Shown here: in pieces, positions 39,901 to 61,791 of the stretch
Position numbering within the stretch: position 1 is the first letter of the stretch
Layout of the letters: every line of letters starts with the position of its first letter
Assembly: GCA_012295275.1 (NCBI GenBank)
Contig: CM022677.1
Coordinates: 10,788,001 to 10,852,000 of the forward strand
DNA: 64,000 bases
Source of the DNA: Chrysomallon squamiferum
Lineage: Eukaryota > Animalia > Mollusca
Reading direction: 5' to 3'
The notes under the pieces: model-generated
Seen by the model: only the letters and a program-made list of their open reading frames with translations
Told to the model about the DNA's origin: nothing
Databases searched by the model: none
Made by a program: the position numbers and the translations under genes

Positions 39901-42538
39901 CTTCAAAGTGCTTCTCCTGTTTAACATCTCCACACAACTGAGTAAATGTCTGCTTCAAAGTGCTTCTCCTGTTTAACATCTCCACATAACTGAGTAAATG
40001 TCTGCTTCAAAGTGCTTCTCCTGTTTAACATCTCCACATAACTGAGTAAATGTCTGCTTCAAAGTGCTTCTCCTGTTTAACATCTCCACACAACTGAGTA
40101 AATGTCTGCTTCAAAGTGCTTCTCCTGTTTAACATCTCCACACAACTGAGTAAATGTCTGCTTCAAAGTGCTTCTCCTGTTTAACATCTCCACATAACTG
40201 AGTAAATGTCTGCTTCAAAGTGCTTCTCCTGTTTAACATCTCCACATAACTGAGTAAATGTCTGCTTCAAAGTGCTTCTCCTGTTTAACATCTCCACACA
40301 AATGTCTGTAAATGTCTGTTTCAAACTGAGTGTGCTTCTCCTGTTTAACATCTCCACACAACTGCGTAAATGTCTGCTTCAAAGTGCTTCTCCTGTTTAA
40401 CATCTCCACACAACTGAGTAAATGTCTGCTTCAAAGTGCTTCTCCTGTTTAACATCTCCACACAACTGCGTAAATGTCTGCTTCAAAGTGCTTCTCCTGT
40501 TTAACATCTCCACACAACTGAGTAAATGTCTGCTTCAAAGTGCTTCTCCTGTTTAACATCTCCACACAACTGAGTAAATGTCTGCTTCAAAGTGCTTCTC
40601 CTGTTTAACATCTCCACACAACTGAGTAAATGTCTGCTTCAAAGTGCTTCTCCTGTTTAACATCTCCACACAACTGAGTAAATGTCTGCTTCAAAGTGCT
40701 TCTCCTGTTTAACATCTCCACACAACTGAGTAAATGTCTGCTTCAAAGTGCTTCTCCTGTTTAACATCTCCACACAACTGAGTAAATGTCTGCTTCAAAG
40801 TGCTTCTCCTGTTTAACATCTCCACATAACTGTAAATGTCTGCTTCAAAGTGCTTCTCCTGTTTAACATCTCCACACAACTGAGTAAATGTCTGCTTCAA
40901 AGTGCTTCTCCTGTTTAACATCTCCACACAACTGAGTAAATGTCTGCTTCAAAGTGCTTCTCCTGTTTAACATCTCCACACAACTGAGTAAATGTCTGCT
41001 TCAAAGTGCTTCTCCTGTTTAACATCTCCACATAACTGAGTAAATGTCTGCTTCAAAGTGCTTCATCTCCACATAACTGAGTTTGTCTGCATCTCTCCTG
41101 TTTAACATCTCCAACTGAGTAAATGTCTGCTTCAAAGTGCTTCTCCTGTTTAACATCTCCACATAACTGAGTAAATGTCTGCTTCAAAGTGCTTCTCCTG
41201 TTTAACATCTCCACATAACTGAGTAAATGTCTGCTTCAAAGTGCTTCTCCTGTTTAACATCTCCACACAACTGAGTAAATGTCTTCTTTAGACAACTGAT
41301 AAATGTCTGCTTCAAAGTGCTTCTCCTGTTTAACATCTCCACACAACTGAGTAAATGTCTGCTTCAAAGTGCTTCTCCTGTTTAACATCTCCACATAACT
41401 GAGTAAATGTCTGCTTCAAAGTGCTTCTCCTGTTTAACATCTCCACATAACTGAGTAAATGTCTGCTTCAAAGTGCTTCTCCTGTTTAACATCTCCACAA
41501 CTGTGTAAATGTCTGCTTCAAAGTGCTTCTCCTGTTTAACATCTCCACATAACTGATTAAATGTCTGCTTCAAAGTGCTTCTCCTGTTTAACATCTCCAC
41601 ACAACTGAGTAAATGTCTGCTTCAAAGTGCTTCTCCTGTTTAACATCTCCACATAACTGAGTAAATGTCTGCTTCAAAGTGCTTCTCCTGTTTAACATCT
41701 CCACATAACTGAGTAAATGTCTGCTTCAAAGTGCTTCTCCTGTTTAACATCTCCACACAACTGAGTAAATGTCTGCTTCAAAGTGCTTCTCCTGTTTAAC
41801 ATCTCCACATAACTGAGTAAATGTCTGCTTCAAAGTGCTTCTCCTGTTTAACATCTCCACACAACTCAGTAAATGTCTGCTTCAAAGTGCTTCTCCTGTT
41901 TAACATCTCCACACAACTGAGTAAATGTCTGCTTCAAAGTGCTTCTCCTCTTTAACATCTCCACACAACTGAGTAAATGTCTGCTTCAAAGTGCTTCTCC
42001 TGTTTAACATCTCCACATAACTGAGTAAATGTCTGCTTCAAAGTGCTTCTCCTGTTTAAAATCTCCACATAACTGAGTAAATGTCTGCTTCAAAGTGCTT
42101 CTCCTGTTTAACATCTCCACACAACTGAGTAAATGTCTGCTTCAAAGTGCTTCTCCTCTTTAACATCTCCACATAACAGGTAATGTGTCTGCTTCAAAGT
42201 GCTTCTCCTGTTTAACATCTCCAAATAACTGAGTAAATGTCTGCTTCAAAGTGCTTCTCCTGTTTAACATCTCCACACAACTGAGTAAATGTCTGCTTCA
42301 AAGTGCTTCTCCTCTTTAACATCTCCACACAACTGCGTAAATGTCTGCTTCAAAGTGCTTCTCCTGTTTAACATCTCCACACAACTGATTAAATATCTGC
42401 TTCATAGTGTTTCTCCTTTTTAATATGTTCACTCAACTGAGTAAATGTCTGCTTCAAAGTGCAGCTCCTGTTTAATATCTCAACACAACTGAGTAATTGT
42501 CAACTTCAAAGTGCTTCTCCTGTTTAACCTCTCCACAT
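15955..42538 (+). repeat. 52-bp satellite array, about 500 copies
   Basis: Unit ACTGAGTAAATGTCTGCTTCAAAGTGCTTCTCCTGTTTAACATCTCCACA(C/T)A; homogeneous interior with degenerate first and last units. Confidence 0.99.
38283..38482. other. Assembly gap (200 N)
   Basis: Run of N inside the satellite. Confidence 1.
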
Positions 42539-43379
42539 GAGTCTCTGACTAGTAGTAGTAGTAGTAGTAGTAGTAGTATTTTTGAAATTTTTATGAATGA
42601 AGAAACATTAAGGTTTCAGTATATAATTATTTTAATATATAAATTAATTATACACTTATAACGATAACAACTACAACAACAACAACAATAACAACAACAA
42701 CAACAATAATAATAATAATAATAATAATAACAATAATAATTATAAATAAATAAATAATAAAAAGCTATATAATAATGATAATAAGAAGAAGAATAGGAAA
42801 TAAATTAATAATTAAAAATTATACAACTTACAAATTTAAACGTTCCTGGTTTTTACTTACGTATGTGTAAGAAGAACTGAAGCTGTTTGGTTATTTTCCC
42901 TTCTAATCACAAACCATTGTTTTAGAGATAACTGTTCATTGATAGCGGATGACATAGCGAAATAGATATTTGTTGGAAAGCCACATCAAACTACGTTTTA
43001 GTTACTTGAACAGAGCTGTAAAAACGTGTTGTTAGTAAGTCAACTGGATCTCCGTGACTGTCCAGCTGACCAGTTAGCCACACGTCTGTCCTTTACAGTG
43101 TAAAACTGATCTCGTCACAAAAATGTGATCTCTGCTTTTACTGCCTAGGAAAGACCACACAGAATGCATTCCTATATTTAGAGTAAAAATAGCGACGCTA
43201 CTTATTTTTCATCACTGAAGGAATATTTATTTTATTTAAACAATGTATTTCAACATTATTTTTTAAATCTCAGTTAAGAAATAACTTTACAACTTGTTTT
43301 ATTAAATTAGTGTTTATCTTTTCCATTCACACATCCATGTATTAATTTCGATAATTCAAATGTTTTTATCTGTGAGAGA

Positions 43380-43625
<246 letters not shown>

Positions 43626-44276
43626 TCTTGCTCTCTGTCTCTCTGACAGGTTCACACGCTGTTTATTGTCTTTGTCTCTTTTTTCTCTGTCACATTCTCG
43701 TTCTCTCATTCTTTCAACTCTCTCTCTCTCTTCTCTCCTAACAATTTTACCTAAAGCAAAGTTTTTGCTAAAGTCAAGTGTTTGTATTATGAACAGATAA
43801 AAAGAACTGTTTTGAAAGAAGTAATTTTTAACAACCTGGCTTAAACGAACGCACTGAATTGTTCTTTACTAAGGTTTAGCACCGGACATTTTAAAATCCT
43901 ATTTCGTATTGTAGAATTTTGAGTTTCCCCAGGCAAATTCTCTTTATTTTTTTTTTCAGTTTATAAATAATTCTCTGTAGATTCTTGATATCTGTAGATT
44001 ACTGGATAGAGAACAGAAATACTGAATTTTTATTTCTTTATTTTAGATTTTTTCAGATATTAAAAGTGAGGAAGTAAACAGTTTGTTATTATTATTACTA
44101 TTTCAAAATACTCCGCTGTATAACTATGTAATATTATTTACTTAAACAAATAATGTCAAAGTCAATGGATTTATATTTTGATAATTCTCGTATAACTATG
44201 TGACCTATCTCTTATTTTTACAGAAATAAAACAGTTTAACACCTGAAACAATTTACTATATAGAATTCTATTTTAT

Positions 44277-44307
<31 letters not shown>

Positions 44308-44660
44308 CACAATATAGAATTCTATTTTATTATATATATAATTAACAAATATAGAATTATATTATATTATATATATATAATTAAACCAAATTAGAACTCT
44401 TCCCCAAAATAGCTTTAACTATAGATACTACTGAACACTTAGCTTATATAATACTTAAGGTTTACATATTACAGCGAAGACTACTGTCTCCGTCAAACAC
44501 ACACACCTCACATCTTGGATAAGAATATGACGACAGATATCGTTAATAACCTCGTCACATCAATGCAGTAACATCTCAACGTCAGATAACAAACAACATG
44601 ATAAAGGATAGAAAAAGATTGTCATAATCATACTACAATTCATTTATTTTTATTTTTATT

Positions 44661-44815
44661 TGTTATTGTTGTCATTACTGATTTATTACTTTCTGTAACG
44701 CGATGTAAATACGGCCTTAATCTCCTAAACTGAATTCTCCGTAAGAATTGAATGTCTATTTTATGTCAAAATCCTTCTTAACGAATATATCTTAACAGAA
44801 TAACCATTAAATTTT
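44661..44815 (-). repeat. Inverted diverged copy of 49322-49472
   Basis: CCTTAATCTCCTAAACTGAATTC pairs with GAATTCAGTTTAGGAGATTAAGG, and the flanks align. Confidence 0.8.
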
Positions 44816-45957
44816 GTAGTTGAGGGACAAATCGCAAAAAAAAAACCTGTGACCTGTACCCAGGTATCGCATACGAACAAATATAACCATCATAACATGT
44901 AAGCAACCAAGCAACATGCAAAACAACCTGTACCGCAGCCAACACAAACTACCAACACACAGCCCTTACTCAAAACGATTCTAGGAAACAAACCACAGGA
45001 AAACAAGTTACAATTTTTAATTAAAATTAAGAAATATATTAGAAAGGAAAGATAGATTAAACACATTTTGTCAGATTTTTTGTTAATGTTCTTTGATTTT
45101 AATGTTAGTGGTTTAGCCTGATGTTCCAATACCACAAAGAAATTCTGCCACAGTCTTGCGGTCCTCAAGGCTCTCCCTGTAAGTCTGTTATCTCTGAACC
45201 TAGATAATTAAAACTAGATGTTTTGACGCATTTCCACTACAACTTTGTTTTGCGAGTTATATGAACTGCTCATAACAGATTTTGTTTACCACCCTTATTG
45301 CTATGAATAACTTCCATATTAAACCTATTCTGATTATAGAGCAAGCTGGAGAATATATAGTGAAACACATTTTAGCCTGGGACATTTTATAAATCATTTA
45401 TACGAAACCTTTAATTTAAATCTATCCTAATCAGTAAGCTAAACCCAAGCCAGACCCAATGGGAAGCCCTTTTCTTTAATCCTGCCTAATCAATAAGCTT
45501 AACAATTACCCCATGCATACTGTGATGCCACATTCATACATTTCCTGACTTTTTTCCTGTGATATTTTTTCCTGTGTATTTTAACATTCCAGTCCCAGAA
45601 TGCTGTCAAGGCTGGTTGGAACTTTATCAGACAAGCAGGTGATTGTGGGTCCTCCACTATAATGTTTAAGGAAATCTAGCAATTATTATATATTAAACAG
45701 GAGACCGGTGTCTCCTCCACACATAGCTTATATAATTCTTAAGGGTTACATATTACAGATGCTGCCTCCGTCACACATACACACACGTATAATCCTGGAT
45801 AAGAATATTTAGAACTAGAACAGTGACGGTATTCAAACATTTTTAACAAAAGTTGTTGTCAGTAACTTGTCGTGTTCTCACTATAGAGGTCCACAAGATG
45901 ATTTCTGTTCAGCCATATACCACTTTGAAATTATTAATTAAAATAATTTTTTCTCTC

Positions 45958-46081
<124 letters not shown>

Positions 46082-46699
46082 CATATAGTAAAGAAATAAT
46101 GGTTCTAATATCAACTAAAAGGGTATTGTCTATCATTGTATAATATGACATACATACATGCATATATATATTTATATGACTGAGGTAGTCTATTGGTAGT
46201 AACAGCAGCAGCAGTTAAAGAGGTAGTAGTAATAGTAACACCAGCAGAAGTACTATAGTAATTGCAATTAGAATTTAAATTTGCATAATATATAGAGTAT
46301 TTGTAGCATCAATAGTTGTAATAAAACTGATAATGATACAGTTTGTATCTGCGTACGTGCACGTATTTGTCTGTGTATGTAGAAAGATGTACACAATTTA
46401 TCTATGACTAGATAAACACATTTCTATATCTATTTCAGAGTTATTACAAATTTGTTTGTTAAAGGTTGTTGGGGTTTTCTTTAATTAATTTATTTCAAAA
46501 CTTAATAAAAACAAATAACTGCCGTTTAATATTGATTGTAATTAATACAAATAAATATTGCTTAAATATTAGATTAAATTCTGTTCAAAAAAGTGTGTGT
46601 TTTTACTATTTCTGTGTGTGATTCTATATACATACATGTGTGTGTATATAAATGTATCTTCTTCGACTGCATAACGCTTTGAATTCTAGTGTGTAAGTG

Positions 46700-46782
<83 letters not shown>

Positions 46783-47384
46783 TTGTTTTTGTTGTTATTA
46801 TTACAACAAAAAAATTGCTGTGTAACTGATTGCATTTGTTGTGTAATATTATTTACTTAAATAAATAATGTCAAACTCTATACATGAATTTATATTAAAA
46901 TAATTCTCCTATATGACCCATCTCTTATATTAATTTATGTATTCGGCTTATCACAAAAACACAAATGTACTTTGAATGGTCACTGCTAAAAGGTCAGATC
47001 TGACGGAAACAGCCTGAGTCTATTTATTTTTGTTACGTCAGATCAGTTCTCAGCTTTTTGAGTGTCACACACACAACCCATGTTTATTTTGGACATTTTG
47101 GCTTTCACCTCATTTCTTTCGTTTTTTTAATCTTCTTCTTCTTCTTCTTCTTCTTCTTTTTCTTCTTCTTATCATTATTATTATTATTATTATTATTATC
47201 ATCATTGTACTAATAATTTCTATTTTTTCTTTTTTAATTCTTAAATCTGGTGCTAGTCGCATGGATTTGCTTTGTTGAAAAGTATTCCTTGCTCTAACTT
47301 TGTTAATTTCTAATCGATTTTTAAAAGATAAAACAGTAAATAAAATGGTCATAAAATGAATCATTTATTGTTTGAAATTCAGTG

Positions 47385-48165
47385 CATTTTTAACATCTGG
47401 TGCACAAGAACAAGAAAAAAAAAACAACAGTGAACAGAAGTAGCACAGCAGATAGGTTACCGACCTCTGATTTAGCTCTATCATATAATTATATAACACA
47501 TTCAAATATTTGCATCTAGATATAATCTTATTACATATACAGACATAATAAAAAAGAATAAGTATTTTATGATTAGTTTTATTTGTTAATATTTAGTTCT
47601 ATATGTAACTGGTATTATGTATAATTGTTTATACATAACTGTATTATGTACATAAATAATAATAATAAACAATAGTATTTTATGGTTAATTTTAGTTTAA
47701 ATCTAGATATAATTCTTAGATTCTAGTTACTAATAAAACACAATATTATAATTATTAAAACTTCTAATAACTTATATTAGACATCTGTATATACTGTCAC
47801 AGTTACATTTACTATTTTCCAATACATTTTTATCTTCTGTTTTAGATACTGATTGTGTTCGTAAACACACTTAATTAAACACATATATAGAGAATTTGTA
47901 TAATATGATTATTTATCTAAAGTGACAGATGTACTTTATTATTGTGAAATCTTTATTATTCTCTTTCAGATACTAAAATGAGAATTTATTAGATGCACGG
48001 CTAATACACATATATTATATTACATGATTTTTGATCTATGTAACTGGGTTTTTTTTATATTTTATTATTCATAAAAAAAATGTATCTACTGTTACAGTTA
48101 TACTTATTAAATAAACATTTTTTGCTCAGATTCTGATGCCAGTGAGATGCACAGTATTAAAATAT
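47385..48165 (+). pseudogene. Diverged remnant of the TNFR-like gene stalk/intron region
   Basis: Collinear similarity to about 5080-6085, including TCTAGATATAATTCTTAG, GTCACAGTTA...AATACATTTTTA..TTCT..TTTTAGATACTGAT, ACAGATGTACTTTAT and CTGTTACAGTTA. No CRD exon was seen nearby. Confidence 0.55.
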
Positions 48166-49127
48166 TCTCGTTAGACTACACTCGCAAACACATCAGTACA
48201 GGACGATGGGGTACGAACCATAAATATAATAAAAAATAGCAAACAAATGCCTGTCAGTGTATCATTCAAAGTCTCTGAAATATTAAAATAATTTAAAACT
48301 TTTTTGACAGTTCTATCCTGGACGAGCCTCCAGTTTGTTGCAATTTTTAACTAATGATTAAGAGAACAAAAAGTACAAAAGTCACGTTTTAATCAGACTG
48401 TGTCAGAGTCTGAGGTGTTCGCTAGCACGATGAGGTGATACAGCAGTTTTCTCATTCAAACTCAGACACAATTTACCGAGTCATTAAAATCAGCATAAAA
48501 ATGTCTCAGGTGGGAATAATTGTCTTCGGTTCGGGTGGAATGGTTCGTAGGTTTTGGGTAGTTGTTTTACTGGGTGTAGGTTTGTTTTAGCTAAGGTTTG
48601 TGTTAGGTACAGGTTGTTTTGCCTATTGGTTATTGCATACATGTGATGAGTATGGGTTGTGTTGGGCATGTTATTTAAGGTGTATGTTATGTTTCTTTCC
48701 TGTTTTTCTTTTTTCTTTTTTGTGACGGAAAGATTGGGTGCAGGTTGTATTGGATATGAGTTTTGTTGTTCAAATTCATTGTGGTAATGCATTTTCTCGC
48801 ATGTCAGAATCTGTACTTACAAAGTAACTTACTGAAACTAGACCTATTTTATTGTTGTAACCCAGTCAAAATCCAAACCTGCTATGAATAGCTCGGAAAA
48901 ACGAAAGCAAAACCTTTTTTTTTTTTTTTTTTTGAGTTCTTAGTTAATCCATATAGCTGGTTTCAGAACTGAAATACTAAATTTTTATTTGCTTAATTTA
49001 TTAAAAAATTTAATAAAAACAAATAGTTAATATTGGTTAAAGTAGGGACGAGTGTTTTGAAACTTCTACATACAGCTAAATAAATAAATAAATAAATCTT
49101 AATTGTACATATTTATCTACTCTCCGT

Positions 49128-49228
<101 letters not shown>

Positions 49229-50310
49229 TATAAACAGATTGTTATTATTATGACGTGTTATTAAAAAATAATTTCTGTTTTTACTAAATCTCCCTACAAT
49301 CACACAGTTTAATTTATCAGATGCTGATTATTCTGTTAAGATATTTTTGTTAAAGAGGATCTGGACATGAAATCGACATTCAAATCTTAAGGGGAATTCA
49401 GTTTAGGAGATTAAGGGCATATTTATACCATGTTACAGAATGTAATAAACCAGTAAAGACAACAACAACAACAGTTATTATTATTATTATTATTATTAAT
49501 GAGAACAACAACAAACTAAAGTATAATATTTGTTTCTATATTTTTCTGTCTCTCTTTCTCAGCCATTTCTGTTTCTTTTCTTTTTTTTAAATCCATCTTA
49601 CCGTCGTGCTTTCTCAACCTTCCTCTAGTTGAAGGAAAGTCATGTTAATCTGGATTAGCCTCTAAAGTGTTCAATAGACAAAAACGTGCCTCATCTGCTG
49701 ATAAAACAGTCTGAGTTGTACCTAATAATCTCTCATCTCAGTTTATCATCGTATAATTTTTTCCTTATACACTTTCCTACTAACACGAACAGCACTATAA
49801 TCTTATTGTGCAGTCTCATTTTACTCTGGACATCTCCTATACCAATATAATTATTCTGAATGATACCAGCTTTCCATTTCTAATTATCAACGTCGTCTTT
49901 AACTAATAAAATATAATCTTAATGTCGAATCTTCACAGCTTTTTAGTTTAGTGCTGTAATATTGTTACAAAAAGGAATCTTAGTCGGAATGCGCCTGCTA
50001 TTGCTATCACTAAAAATTAAATAAAAATAAAAATTTTCATCTGGAGGCGCCTTCTCTTCTGTTCAGTCTTTTTCGTCTTGTTGTTGCTGGTGTTATATCA
50101 TCAACATCATCGTCGTTTCGGGACGCTAGTGTTACTGTTTTCGGTTTAAACTGAAGCATGCACAATATTTTATCATATTTTATTTTATTTTGAAATACTA
50201 AAAGAAAGATAACTGTCAAAAGTCAAAGCAGAAATCTTTATTTAATGAATTAATTAAAAAAGCACGTGCACGCTGTCAGTGAAACAAATTGTGTTAGTCT
50301 GTCTCGGTAT

Positions 50311-50374
50311 ATGCTGCAGTAGATTGTTATACTGCAGTAGATTGATATGCTGCAGTAGATTGATATACTGCAGT
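50311..50374. repeat. 18-bp tandem repeat (AT(G/A)CTGCAGTAGATTG(A/T)T), about 3.5 copies
   Basis: Read directly. Confidence 0.85.
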
Positions 50375-50503
50375 GGTGGCAAAACTTTGCTGCTAGGCGT
50401 GTCAGTACTTTTATATCTTAATCCTTTTTACATCGTCATATGTCACTTCTAAATTTATATTGTTAAATGGTATACTACATTATGATTTTAACACACAAGT
50501 ATA

Positions 50504-50542
<39 letters not shown>

Positions 50543-50797
50543 TATGTTATACCATAAATATAATTAGCAAGCCTGACAAAGTTATTAATGCAGTAGAATT
50601 ACTTGTGATCCTTTCTGATCAGGGATTATTTCTAATGAATATAACATGGCATCTGTTATTACTACTACTGCTGACACACACACACATTTAAGAATTAGTA
50701 ATATTTTCAGCAGTAGTGGCATTAATAGAACTACTACTAGTAGTATTAGCTAGTATGGTAGAAGTAGTAATAGTATGGAAGAAGTTGAAGTAGTAGT

Positions 50798-50857
<60 letters not shown>

Positions 50858-52765
50858 CAGTTAGCCTCGATACCAAAGAGTATATAGATTATAAGATCGT
50901 CATCTTTACAACCAATATATTCACCTAGGTTTTAAAGTTTTTTTCTCTACTTATTTAATTTTTTAATTATGATAAAAATATTTATTTATGTTAAATTTGT
51001 TTATTTATTTATTTGTTTATTTATTTATTTACTTATTTATGTATTTGTTTATAGGCTTTTAAGCAAAAAGAGAGAATTAGTTACAGGCTGATGGTATAAA
51101 TCAACATAGGGAGTACTTCGAAAGTGCTTTTTTTTTATAAACGTTTTTAAAGTGACAGGTTTGCTCCCTAGAAATCAGTGTGTTTTCTGTTACATACACA
51201 ACGTATTAGAGTGATAATTAGATGTGCAGCGGAATATTAAGTGGTGCTGTGTTCTGTAATTAACAAATAGTGTAACAAGAAAAGGCTAAAAGAAAGGTGA
51301 GATCCCGCAGGTTTAATACATTGAATCATCTATCACAGATTACTATTTATAACTGCAGTCTTCTAGAGTCACAACGGCTACATTAACAAGTTGAGAATGA
51401 AATATATTAATGTGAGTACTGATGTGTAAATGAATAAATTGAGTTTCAGCTATAATACTGTTTTATTAGTAGTAGTAGTAGTAGCAGTAGAAAATAATTT
51501 TAAAATGCTCAAAATTTAAGATTATTAAAATTACACATACAGAATATATATCTATCTATATGTGCATTTTTTCTTTTCTAATACTATCGCATTTTATACA
51601 AATACACTAAGATTGATAAATATTAAAAAACCCGAGATTTTCTTTATTTGTACGACGTTATCTCATTCATTACCGTCATTATCTGGAATATTAACATAAC
51701 AATATGTTTGCTATACTATAAAATATATTTCTTTATTGTCAAGGTTTATGAAGTTTACTTAAAACACTAATATTACTTTTATTAGATCACCTCTGAATAG
51801 TTTGCTATTAATTTGAGGGTTTGGGTTGCTACAGTTTCTGTTATTAATAAAGTGATATTAAGAATACCTCTGTAATTATACCTTTTGAGGCAGATACATA
51901 TTATCAATACCAGAGAAAATACAGAATGACTGAGTGAAAATGACGTATAAAAAATACGTTACCCTTTTACCAGACCTCTCCGCTCTCCTTCTTTTTGTTA
52001 GGTGCAAAACTGAATACCTTGATAATTATTTACTTATTTTATAGAAAATTATATTTTCAGAAAATTAATTGATATAATTTTCCATTAGCAATAGGAACAG
52101 TCAGAATTATATATCATCTGCAGATAATTATTCCTCTTGTTAAGATATCAAGTTAATGCCGTTTATAACAAAATAAAAATCAGGTTAACAAAAGGTGCAA
52201 CGTAGTTTTTCTCTTACTTACACCAAGTATTATAGTAAGTAAAAGTGCACGTAATGTCAAGAACCTTTTATTTAATAATTAGAGAATACAAAAAGAAAAT
52301 GTGATATTATACGAAAAGGTTATTAAAATTCCATAACGCCGTATAAATAAAATAAATATTTCATTTTTATTAATTGTCAATAAAATACTTGTTTAGCAGG
52401 AGGGCAGTTAATATGACAGAATGTAGAATCAGTGTAAATCGAGAATTATAGAACAGGTTAAGTGATAAACATTTTTTTTTTAACTTTAATAACAACAAAT
52501 GAATTGACATACAGGTGTATATGTAAGAATGAGGATATGTTCGTTATTATTTTTATCTTTTTTTCACAATTTATTAATTATGTATTACAAGTATCTGTGG
52601 ATAATTTATACGGTATCAAGACTGCAGGTGGAGAGAAGGCTTTTAGAGTCACAACGGTTATACTGCCAAATTGAGAATTACATTTACTAAATTTATCTGA
52701 AGAAAGACTGCGCGTCAGTATTTTTATTATTAAACTGCTTATATGATTAAATTGAGGTTTATCTG

Positions 52766-52808
<43 letters not shown>

Positions 52809-53072
52809 GTGATAAGACGTGCAAAAATGTCAGTGTAAACAGCACTACAGTTATTATAAGATTAACGTAATTTTCACTAGTGACTCAATTTATTCATGTA
52901 AACTGCGGGTAGTAAATAAAAACGTAAATTCCGTGGAGCAGTCTCAACTGACCTTAAGAAAACTGCGCTCATACAAAACAAAGACGATATTTATGTCATT
53001 AATATAAATTGTTGCGATTCCATTAAAGTAGCAGCTCGGTTTTAAAGATATTATTCTGTTCTTTACAGAATA

Positions 53073-53153
53073 CAGTGGTGCCCTGACTTACGAGTTTAAT
53101 TCGTTCCGTGACCCGCGCTCGTATCTCAGTTTGCTCTTATATCAAATCAATTT
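53073..53153 (+). mobile_element. Tc1/mariner-superfamily (Tigger/pogo-like) MITE left end, truncated
   Basis: TA|CAGTGGTGCCCTGACTTACGAGTTTAATTCGTTCCGTGAC...CTCGTATCTCA matches the typical TA-CAGTGGTACCTCGACTTACG Tigger-like terminus. Confidence 0.55.
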
Positions 53154-54655
53154 CGTGTGTGTGTGTGTGGATGGGTGGATGTATGTCTTACATTCATTAT
53201 TTTCCATTCTTTTTCAAAGGTTGATTAAAAATAATGTGGATAATTACAGATCTATTAGATTTCTAAGTTGTCTTGGAAAGCTACTTAAATAACAATGTCT
53301 TAAAACAAATAATATACTATTTGAAGTACTAGAAGAATTATTGTACTACGTTTTCACATTAAACTGATTGACATACAGATTATGATCCTCATGTATATAC
53401 ATAAATCTTGGTTTAAAACTATGTGTATAAAAAGTGCGTGAGCATATGCATGAAAACATTGAGGTAGTTAGAAATATTTGTGGAAATTTTAGGCCTAACG
53501 TTGGGTTTGATTTTTCCTCAAGATAGATCTGAGATATGTCTAGTCGACATATTTATATTTCCAGCCGATCTTTTTACGTCACTGGAAATCTTTAGTTGAA
53601 AATAGTTTCGTCGTTTATTTATTTTTCGTAGTTTTTCTGTTTACTTGTAGCCTTTTTTTTCGCAGATGTTTCTAGGTTTTTCTGTTTTACTGCTTTGCTG
53701 AATTAAACTAAACAAATCTAACAAATTTCTCAACATTAATATAGGCAGTCGAAATCATCCACACGGAACTCTTTGTTTTCTTAAGTACATATCTTTTTTA
53801 CTTTCCTGTTTGTTGTATTTATAAAAATAAATGTTTGTTTAGTTATCTGCGAGTCGTTTTTATTATTTTATTGTTGTTGTTTTTATTTATTTATTTTAAT
53901 TTCATTTAAAGCTACCGAATTAAATTCACAACAGAAAAACTGCTAGATCCAGAACTGATAAAGGTGAGACAAGAATTATTTTTTATTTTTTATTTGAATT
54001 TTATTTCATTTGAAATGGTCTCAATTTTTTAAATGGTTTCAGTGTTTGGTAAAAATGGAAAAATAAACAAACATAAATTAGAATAGTGACATATATAATG
54101 TATGGCTCATGCCCAGGATGCCACCAAACAATTTGTGTTATGATAAAATTATTTAAGAGATGATTGTATAGGTGTGAACTGTCAATGTTTGACATAGGCA
54201 TGGTTTGTTTTAGATATGTCTTTGAATGCAAAAGAACCAGATAATAATTTCAGCTTTACGTTAATGAGTTTTCAGCAGAGTATTTTAGATACACCTATCC
54301 TATTAGTTCATTTTCTTACCAGGAAACGAAAACGAAAGGTAAATTAAAAACGACGTTAAAATAATCTTTTAAAAACAACATATGTTTAAATTTTTTTGTG
54401 AAAGAAAGTAATAGTCAATGATAGTAAATATAAAAGTCGTATAAAAATAATAAAATGATGAGAATTCGATTTAAACAGTGGAATAATATTTACATTATTA
54501 AAAATTAGACTGTAATTTGACATTCAGTCTTGTCTACAAAGACTTATTATTTCCATCTACATAAAGCGATATGAATTATAAAGGTTTTATTTATTTATTT
54601 ATTTATTTATTTAAACTTTTCGACCCAGTGTTACTACATTCTTTAATACTGTTTT

Positions 54656-54697
<42 letters not shown>

Positions 54698-55096
54698 TAA
54701 AAATAAATGTATCTACTTTGTTATTGATAATAGATGTTTGAATATTTTTGAAGATGTTATATATATTTTGTTTTGTTTTTTCAGTCCATGTTTTCAGACC
54801 TATATCAAACCTTGGTAAATTCCCGGACAATAATAAGCAACTTATTGAGTTCTAAGCTTTGTGATTTTATTTGGTGCATTAACATAAATAAGAAGAAAAA
54901 AGAAAAAGTTGGTGGAAAATAACAACACCGTTTATTTGAAGTTTACGGTCAGTGATTGGCTAGTAATAAGATAAAAAATGCATAAAAATACAACAAAAAA
55001 AAAAAAAATCGCATCGATAATCAGTACGTATATTTTATTTTATTTTATTTTATTTTATTTATGTTGAATTATTTTCAATTTTATTTATTTTTTTAG

Positions 55097-61791
<6,695 letters not shown>

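Noticed and set aside
15955-42538. Dozens of minus-strand ORFs (MEMLNRRSTLKQTFTQLCGDVKQEKHFEADIYSVVWRC)
   Set aside because: These are translations of the 52-bp unit cycling through three frames, with a stop every 156 nt. The longer ORFs arise only from indels.
15955-42538. CRISPR array or tandem hammerhead ribozyme satellite
   Set aside because: There are no unique spacers and no cas genes, and the context is eukaryotic. CTGAGTA does not match the CUGANGA core and there is no GAAA partner.
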